From assembly GCA_016933255.1 (NCBI GenBank), contig JAFGBF010000002.1, forward strand, positions 4,772 to 68,771: a DNA stretch of 64,000 bases, in the 5' to 3' direction. This DNA is from Candidatus Krumholzibacteriota bacterium (GTDB lineage Bacteria > Krumholzibacteriota > Krumholzibacteriia > Krumholzibacteriales > Krumholzibacteriaceae). Positions within the stretch are counted from its first letter, which is position 1. Every line of letters starts with the position of its first letter. Made by a program: the position numbers and the translations under genes. Below the pieces are notes generated by a model. The model did not search any database. It saw only the letters and a program-made list of their open reading frames with translations, and was not told where the DNA came from. Shown in pieces: positions 57,634-64,000 of this stretch.

Positions 57634-59607
57634 ATGAATAAGTCTCTCTTGTCCTTTGTTTCCGCAATCCTTATCACGGTTGTGGCCTTCCCGGTCCTGG
57701 CAGGCGATATCCACAATGCCATTCAAAGCAGCGACGCCGCCAGAGTGAAAGAGATCCTGAAGAACAATCCGGAAAAGGTCAACGAACGGGCAGATAATCA
57801 GTTTGATGAGCTTCCGATACATACCGCCGCGACAACGGGCAACGTGGATATCGCCCGGATCCTTATAGAAGCAGGCGCCGCAGTCGATGCCGGCGACAGC
57901 GATAACAGCACCGCCCTTGATATCGCGGCGATGCGCAGGCACGCCGAAATGGTCACCTTTCTGCTCGAACAGGGAGCAAACGTCAACCATCGGGACCGCA
58001 AGGGCGACACTCCGATCAGTTTTGCCTCGTACCGCGGCAATGAAGAAGTGATTCGGCTTCTGCTCGACGCCGGCGCGGACCTTTATTATCGAAGGCCGGA
58101 CGGAGAGACTCTGATGCATTTTGCCTGCGGCAGAAACCTGCCCTTTCTTGTCGAACATATCCTGGAAAACGGGACCGACCTCGAGACGCGGGCATCAAAC
58201 GGAGGAACGCCTCTGGCTTATGCCGCAGGATCCGGAAATGCCGAGATAGTCAGGATGTTGCTTGAAAAAGGCGCTTCTCCCAATCCCCCCGTAAAAGAGG
58301 GAGGGATTACCCCCCTTATTTTCAGTGCATGGCGCGACGCGGTGGAATGCGCCCGTCTTCTCCTTGAAAAAGGCGCTGATATCAGCGTGAGGTCAAACTC
58401 GGGCAGAACGATCCTGATGGACGCGACCTCACAGTCCTCTGTCGAGATGATCAGACTGCTACTCGAGCATGGCGCCAATGTCAACCTGGCCGATGAAGAC
58501 GGCCAGACAGCTCTGGTAATCGCCGTGGAAAATGGAAAAACGGAACATGTCGCCGCGCTGCTCGAAGCTGGCGCAAAGCCGGATCTCGGAACCGACAAGA
58601 GTGGAAGGACCGCTCTGCAGCTCGCATCGATCAGGGGCTACAGGGAGATCGCGGACAGGCTCATTACAGCTGGAGCAGGCTCATCTGACAGCGGAAAATG
58701 CGGTACGCCGCCGATTCTCTTCGCTGAATATTATGGAAACGACGAAGTTGCCAGTCTCTTAAAATCAAAGGGAGTCTCTGGAAAAGGCAAAAAAACCGAC
58801 CGGTCTCTCGCCGCAACAGGCAACCTCGGTAAGAAAGAGGCAGCGATCTATTTTCTGGGTCACAGCGGCTGGGCCGTCAAGACACGCAACCACCTTCTCA
58901 TTATTGACTATTATAAACAGGGCGGCGATCCGGATCGAAAGGGCCTGTGCAACGGGACTATAAACACCGCGGAACTCGCGGGGAACAAGGTGACAGTCTT
59001 TGCTTCCCATTTCCACGGCGACCACTATGATCCCTGCATCTTCGAATGGAAGGATGAGGTGGAGGATATAACTTACTTCCTTGGTCTGCAGCCGAGAGAC
59101 AGCGTTCCTCCATACGAGTTCATGGAAGAGCGTGTGTCAAAGGATTTTGGGGATATCAAACTCACTACCATACATTCCACAGACGCAGGAGTAGGAATGC
59201 TTATCGAAGTGGACGGCCTTACTATATTCCACGCCGGCGACCACGCAAACGGCCGTATCGGCCTGATGGACGAGTTCACGGACGAGATCGTTTTTCTCAA
59301 AGAAAACTGTCCGCGTCCGGATATCTGCTTCATGGGAATCAGGGGATGCAGCCTCGGCACGCCGGAGCAGGTCAAAGAAGGTGTAGAGTATACCCTTGAA
59401 AAACTCAGCCCCAGAGTATTTATCCCGATGCATGCCCGGGCAGATGGAGAGATATACAGGGAATTCATTGATGAAATAAGCGGCAAGTTCAAGAATGTCC
59501 AGATGGCAGCGCCCGGTAACCGGGGTGATCATTTCATATACAGGAACGGAAAGATCATCGACCCGAGGCCTTTCACTCCGGGCCTTGTTTCAGCTGCGAT
59601 CAAATAA
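57634..59607 (+). CDS. Secreted ankyrin-repeat protein fused to a C-terminal metallo-beta-lactamase-fold domain
   Basis: It has a signal peptide and about 10 ANK repeats (G.TPL..A...G......LL..GA..N). The C-terminal 230 aa carry an HxHxDH-type metal motif (FASHFHGDHYD) and a downstream HAGDH. Confidence 0.7.
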   Translation: MNKSLLSFVSAILITVVAFPVLAGDIHNAIQSSDAARVKEILKNNPEKVNERADNQFDELPIHTAATTGNVDIARILIEAGAAVDAGDSDNSTALDIAAMRRHAEMVTFLLEQGANVNHRDRKGDTPISFASYRGNEEVIRLLLDAGADLYYRRPDGETLMHFACGRNLPFLVEHILENGTDLETRASNGGTPLAYAAGSGNAEIVRMLLEKGASPNPPVKEGGITPLIFSAWRDAVECARLLLEKGADISVRSNSGRTILMDATSQSSVEMIRLLLEHGANVNLADEDGQTALVIAVENGKTEHVAALLEAGAKPDLGTDKSGRTALQLASIRGYREIADRLITAGAGSSDSGKCGTPPILFAEYYGNDEVASLLKSKGVSGKGKKTDRSLAATGNLGKKEAAIYFLGHSGWAVKTRNHLLIIDYYKQGGDPDRKGLCNGTINTAELAGNKVTVFASHFHGDHYDPCIFEWKDEVEDITYFLGLQPRDSVPPYEFMEERVSKDFGDIKLTTIHSTDAGVGMLIEVDGLTIFHAGDHANGRIGLMDEFTDEIVFLKENCPRPDICFMGIRGCSLGTPEQVKEGVEYTLEKLSPRVFIPMHARADGEIYREFIDEISGKFKNVQMAAPGNRGDHFIYRNGKIIDPRPFTPGLVSAAIK

Positions 59608-59647
59608 ACCTGCAGCCCGGCAGACAGAGAGAGGCTGTGCCGCGCCA

Positions 59648-60751
59648 TCAGACCAGTCTCGCTATATGGGCGTCCAGCAATCGCCCGACGATCCTTTTTT
59701 CGGTGAATTCCCCGGCGCGTTCAAATGCGCGCGCCGCGATCGAATCGTAAAACTCCCTGTCTCCGGCCAGCCGTGCCATCGCCTTTCCTATCTCTTCGGG
59801 AGACTTAACGGGGACAAGGATGCCTGTCCGCCCATCTTCGACCAGTTCGGGAATCGATTTCCAGCGGGTGGCGATCACGGGGACTCCCGCGGCGAACGCC
59901 TGGAGTATCACCGCCGGATGCCCCTCTCCCTCATGATAGGTGGGAAGAAGAAGGAAATCGTATTCGCTTAACCTTCCTATTACTTCATCGGGCTGAAGTC
60001 TGCCGCCGTATCGGCAATTGGTATTCGCCTCCAGTGATCTGTCAAACGGCTCTTTGTCGCGGGGAAGGATATCGCCGAAGAAATCTACGCGGACCTTTGC
60101 CTCGTTTCCAACCGCTTCTATTATATCGAATACTCCCTTTTCTCTCTTGATCTGTCCGATGAAAATACCTCTGCCGGAAAAACTCCCGGACGGCATCCTG
60201 TCCGGTATCATCGAGTCGGGAATGAAGTTTGGAAATCTGGCGATGCGGCTTCGGTCGATCTGAAGCCCGTCGATAAGATCCGATTCCAGCGCCGCGGTCT
60301 GGGGAAGAATAAGATCCGCTTTCCTTATCATCTTGATGACGATATTCCGCCTTAACCCCCGAAGCGTTTTCAGCTTATCGACGAAAAAGGAACCGAAGCT
60401 CTTTATGACGAATGGCTTGCCGGTCAATATGCAGATGCCGATAAGCGGAATCCCTATTGAACAGACGAAGGAACTGTTCACCCAGAAAAGCACGGCCCTC
60501 GCTCTGAATACTTTTCCTGTGAAGGAAAAGAATATTCTGAAAGCCCTGAGAATATCGCCGGGGGGGCGGCTGGAATTATGGACCCTGATGAATCCGCGAG
60601 AGGATGTATCGATCATATCCAGGGTGATCCCCGCCTTGGACCAGTAAACGCTTTTAAACAGATTGTATGTGGAGACCGTATCTCCACCGATCGGGGGAGG
60701 GAGCGGGCCTGTCAGAAGTACCCGTTTCTTTTTTTCACCCTTCTTTTCCAT
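59648..60751 (-). CDS. Glycosyltransferase family 4
   Basis: The GT-B signature is EGEGHPAVILQAFAAGVPVIATRWKSIPELVEDGRTGILV. Confidence 0.75.
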   Translation of the reverse strand: MEKKGEKKKRVLLTGPLPPPIGGDTVSTYNLFKSVYWSKAGITLDMIDTSSRGFIRVHNSSRPPGDILRAFRIFFSFTGKVFRARAVLFWVNSSFVCSIGIPLIGICILTGKPFVIKSFGSFFVDKLKTLRGLRRNIVIKMIRKADLILPQTAALESDLIDGLQIDRSRIARFPNFIPDSMIPDRMPSGSFSGRGIFIGQIKREKGVFDIIEAVGNEAKVRVDFFGDILPRDKEPFDRSLEANTNCRYGGRLQPDEVIGRLSEYDFLLLPTYHEGEGHPAVILQAFAAGVPVIATRWKSIPELVEDGRTGILVPVKSPEEIGKAMARLAGDREFYDSIAARAFERAGEFTEKRIVGRLLDAHIARLV

Positions 60752-60826
60752 CAGTCTCTCGATTCCGATCCGGGACGCATCAGCCCTTGAATACGGACTT
60801 ATGACGACTAAAGTCTTTTGTACCTT

Positions 60827-61900
60827 TCATCGGTCTTTATTCTTTTTTTTCAGTTCCCTTGCGAATTTCTTGATTTCTTTCCATTTCTCTTTTTCAACGG
60901 CGCTCGCCTTCATACTTTGCCGTTTCGCCAGATAGCCGTATTCTCTTTTTAATTTCAAATAACTCTCAAAGCGTTCTGGAGAAAGGATATTATTATTTAT
61001 GGCTTTTTGAACCGCACACCCCGGTTCATCGCCGTGACTGCAGTCTCTGAACCGGCAGTCAAGTGCCAATTCTTCTATGTCGTCAAAGACATGCTTCAGC
61101 CCTTCCTCATCACCCCAGACCTGCAGTTCACGCATCCCGGGAGTATCGATGACCATGCCGCCATTCGGCAGGATAATTAATTCGCGAAAAGTGGTGGTAT
61201 GCCGGCCCTTGCTATTTGAATCACTCACTTCCCTGACCTCCAGACGATCAGTCCCGAGAAGTGTATTTATAATGGTAGATTTTCCTACTCCCGAAGAACC
61301 TAAAAATGCGACTGTCCTTCCCGCACTGATATATCTGCCCAGTATTTCCATCCCGAGATTCTGAGAGGCGCTGATGGCATGCACATCGACCTCCAGCGCT
61401 ATTGATTCCACTTCATTTTTCCGGTCTTCGGCATCAGGACACAGGTCGGACTTGTTCAGCAGGATGACCGGGACAGCTCCGCTTTCCCAGGCGACAGATA
61501 AATATCTTTCAATTCGGCGCAGATTAAAGTTCAGATCCAGGCCGGTGACGATAAAGACATAGTCAAGATTGGCGGCGATAACCTGTTCATCTGTCACCTC
61601 TCCCGCGACTTTTCGACTGAATGCGTTCTTTCTGGGAACAAGTCCGTGTATAGTCGCTTTATTTTCGTTCGAGCGCTCAGAGACGGCGACCCAGTCACCG
61701 ACGGAGGGAAACCCGCCTTTGCTGGCGGTCTCAAACCTGAACTTGCCTGATATTTCGCAGGCATATTCCCCCTGCTCGCCATAAGCGATATATTTCCCCC
61801 TGTTCTCCCTGCTTATCCGCATCGCAGAAAAGCCCATATCCTGAAAAGGTTTGAATTCCTCTTCGAAATATCGATCCCATCCCAGATCAGACAATTTCAT
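60827..61900 (-). CDS. rsgA: Ribosome small-subunit-dependent GTPase A
   Basis: It has a circularly permuted GTPase (VAFLGSSGVGKSTIIN) and a C-terminal zinc finger (CRFRDCSHGDEPGC). Confidence 0.9.
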   Translation of the reverse strand: MKLSDLGWDRYFEEEFKPFQDMGFSAMRISRENRGKYIAYGEQGEYACEISGKFRFETASKGGFPSVGDWVAVSERSNENKATIHGLVPRKNAFSRKVAGEVTDEQVIAANLDYVFIVTGLDLNFNLRRIERYLSVAWESGAVPVILLNKSDLCPDAEDRKNEVESIALEVDVHAISASQNLGMEILGRYISAGRTVAFLGSSGVGKSTIINTLLGTDRLEVREVSDSNSKGRHTTTFRELIILPNGGMVIDTPGMRELQVWGDEEGLKHVFDDIEELALDCRFRDCSHGDEPGCAVQKAINNNILSPERFESYLKLKREYGYLAKRQSMKASAVEKEKWKEIKKFARELKKKNKDR

Positions 61901-62628
61901 CCAGATCCTCCATCAAAATTGCGGCTTTGTAACGGTTTGATAATATAATATCTCGTCGTAACGACGTTTCTGGTCTTGAAAGAAACGCCGCGCGATTTCA
62001 GGTCTTCATCTATACGCCTATAGTCAAACCCGAAATGAGTGCCCCACCCGGATCTTTGATCCCGAAACCTGCTCATATCCCTGTATGTCATCAGCGACGA
62101 CAGATACTTATTGTAGAGCCGGCCGTCCCTTTGCGGCAATTCATCGAGTTTATACTTATAAATCAGGGTCTTTGCAAGAAATTTGAAGATTCCGACCGGC
62201 CCTATTTCAATCGGCAGCGTAATCAGCAAAGTGCCTCCGCTTTTTGTCGCGTTCAGCAGATTATAGATTGCAGCGTGCGCATCGCCGACATGTTCCAGCG
62301 TCTCGAAGCAGGTCACAAAATCAAACCGCCCAATATCGGATGGCTTATTCAAGTCGAGCAGTTCAAATCGATACGACGGATAGTTTGATCTGGCTATTTC
62401 CAGATGTTCCGGATAGTGATCGAATCCGGATACTTCGGTAGGGCTGATAAGATCGGCGACGATCTTCGTTAAATAACCCGTACCGCACCCGATATCGGCA
62501 TATTTAAGATCCTCGATCTCTTTGAGTGACTCTTTATCGATTACAGACTGAATCTCTTTAAGCCGCTGTCTGTGGGGCCAGTTCTTGATCGATCGGTCTT
62601 TATAGGTAAGCGAATGATCTTTTTTCAT
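61897..62628 (-). CDS. Class I SAM-dependent methyltransferase
   Basis: Motif I is DIGCGTGYLT. Confidence 0.7.
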   Translation of the reverse strand: MKKDHSLTYKDRSIKNWPHRQRLKEIQSVIDKESLKEIEDLKYADIGCGTGYLTKIVADLISPTEVSGFDHYPEHLEIARSNYPSYRFELLDLNKPSDIGRFDFVTCFETLEHVGDAHAAIYNLLNATKSGGTLLITLPIEIGPVGIFKFLAKTLIYKYKLDELPQRDGRLYNKYLSSLMTYRDMSRFRDQRSGWGTHFGFDYRRIDEDLKSRGVSFKTRNVVTTRYYIIKPLQSRNFDGGSG

Positions 62629-62706
62629 CTCACTCCTTCGAATCTATTGCCGATGCATATACCAGTTATGATAAGGTTGCAACTTCACATCGAGCCGCGC
62701 ACGCTG

Positions 62707-63477
62707 TTATGCGTCAGCCTGCCTCCGCGCTTTTTTAAGTCTTACGATAATATTACTGCGTGAATCATTCATCAGTTTTAAACTGAGAAACTTCATCACC
62801 AGCAGCTCGAATATCACTAATGGGCCCAGCATCACAGAATCAGCAGGCCCCTGCAGCAGATCCATCCCGGCAAGTTCAAACCCTGCGAGCGGTGCATTCG
62901 TCCTTATCGTGTAGGGTCTGTTCAGGCGGTAACAAGTCGGATAGACATCCGCTTCATCGCGATTTTGAAGATATTTGATCGCCTTTTTTTTCAAGAACCC
63001 CGGACACGATCTTGCGATCAGTATCTTATAATTCTTAATGTTCGGAGTGTGAAAAATAAATAACCCATCTTCGGCCAATACCCTGTTTATCTCAGAAAGA
63101 AGAATATGAGGTTCGGGCAGATGCTCAACAACCATATTGGCGGTAATTAGATCAAATGAACGGTCGTTGAACGGAAGTTTCTCAATAGATCCCACGATCC
63201 TGTGCTGAATTATCCTGTTCGCCCTCAAAGCCCCGGGATCCCCATCTATTCCGACAACAAGCTTTGCGCGTTGAACCAGATCATGCTGCGAATATTCTGA
63301 ATCCGGAAGTGAATTCGAAAAGATCCTGTGCCCGCATCCAAGGTCAAGCCAACGCGTTTCTCCGTCAATACAGGCCCTTAATCTATCACGATATACGATT
63401 TGCGGATTCACCATTCCGGGAATTAGCATTCCTTCGATCCTCGAATAGCACTTCCACAATCTATTCCGCATTGTCAT
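62707..63477 (-). CDS. Class I SAM-dependent methyltransferase (Methyltransf_11-like)
   Basis: Motif I is WLDLGCGHRIFS, and there is a post-I acidic residue (DLITANMVVEHL). Confidence 0.7.
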   Translation of the reverse strand: MTMRNRLWKCYSRIEGMLIPGMVNPQIVYRDRLRACIDGETRWLDLGCGHRIFSNSLPDSEYSQHDLVQRAKLVVGIDGDPGALRANRIIQHRIVGSIEKLPFNDRSFDLITANMVVEHLPEPHILLSEINRVLAEDGLFIFHTPNIKNYKILIARSCPGFLKKKAIKYLQNRDEADVYPTCYRLNRPYTIRTNAPLAGFELAGMDLLQGPADSVMLGPLVIFELLVMKFLSLKLMNDSRSNIIVRLKKARRQADA

Positions 63478-63571
63478 CCCCCGTCAGTCAGCGCACTCAA
63501 AGCTCTCAAAGAACAGCATCAACTCTACCGCACCCTCCTTCGAGAGATCGATCTTCCACTTGTCGCAAAAA

Positions 63572-63700
63572 TCACGAAATATCTTCAGGCAGTTCTTTCT
63601 CGTCCTTTTTTGAAAAATGCCTGAAGAGCAGCTCTGTCATGATGAATGAGATCGCAAAGACCACAGCGGGAATGACTATTCCGAATACTAACCCCTTCAT
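63572..63700 (-). CDS. Putative 42 aa single-TM mini-protein
   Basis: The protein is MKGLVFGIVIPAVVFAISFIMTELLFRHFSKKDEKELPEDIS. Its ATG overlaps the stop of the upstream mini-ORF (ATGA). It falls below the ORF-track length cut-off. Confidence 0.3.
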   Translation of the reverse strand: MKGLVFGIVIPAVVFAISFIMTELLFRHFSKKDEKELPEDIS

Positions 63701-63819
63701 CAGTTGTCCTCCCTGCCGCCATGATGTTTTCTCCACGAATACCAGGCGAGGATCAGACCCGCAAATGATGTCACGTATGCGAGCGACATTCCCAGCACCA
63801 TCTTCAGTCCGTTATCCAT
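63700..63819 (-). CDS. Putative 39 aa single-TM mini-protein
   Basis: The protein is MDNGLKMVLGMSLAYVTSFAGLILAWYSWRKHHGGREDN. It is translationally coupled to the downstream mini-ORF. Confidence 0.3.
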   Translation of the reverse strand: MDNGLKMVLGMSLAYVTSFAGLILAWYSWRKHHGGREDN

Positions 63820-64000
63820 TATTTTATCCTTTCTCAGATATTATATTTCCGGCCACGTAATATTTTGAAAAGACCGGCCGGCTATCCGGCGGCGATATCT
63901 TCCGAAAAGGCCGGCGCGCCTTGCGGCTGCGGAACCTGTTCCCAGACCCCGTATTCATTCCTCCCACTTCACCTTTTTTTCAAGCTCTTCGATATAATGT

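Overview
This 64 kb window is about 55% GC and looks like a chromosomal segment from an uncultivated bacterium of the Fibrobacteres-Chlorobi-Bacteroidetes (FCB) supergroup. Two secreted proteins end in a C-terminal domain of the type IX secretion system (T9SS), with the motif QNYPNPFNP...WDG.N..G....SGIYF, which supports that placement. Coding density is high and the content is mostly housekeeping: ssb, a peroxiredoxin, smpB, rph, rdgB, murI, an amidase, prmC, rsgA, sppA, four tRNAs (His, Arg, Pro, Leu), and a complete Pho regulon block (phoB-phoR-porin-pstSCAB-phoU) on the minus strand. The most system-like accessory content is:
- a cobalamin riboswitch, an intrinsic terminator, a TonB-dependent receptor, and a propeller-like T9SS-tailed secreted protein (15.0-18.9 kb);
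- a three-gene secreted-protein locus containing an 834 aa T9SS cargo protein and a 750 aa lipoprotein (9.3-15.0 kb);
- an operon with an arylamine N-acetyltransferase-like gene, a hypothetical gene, an approximately 1065 aa double-activase protein fused to a 2-hydroxyacyl-CoA-dehydratase-like domain, and a DUF2229-like gene (41.9-47.9 kb);
- a HigB/HigA toxin-antitoxin pair next to tRNA-Pro;
- a secreted protein fusing ankyrin repeats to a metallo-beta-lactamase-fold domain;
- an 814 aa SppA whose approximately 270 aa N-terminal extension looks like an outer-membrane beta-barrel;
- scattered glycosylation genes (five GT4 glycosyltransferases, a DegT aminotransferase, a radical SAM/SPASM enzyme, an ABC-2 exporter, and two SAM methyltransferases).
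No CRISPR array, transposase or integrase was seen. Every family call rests on motifs read by eye in the supplied translations; no database search was run.
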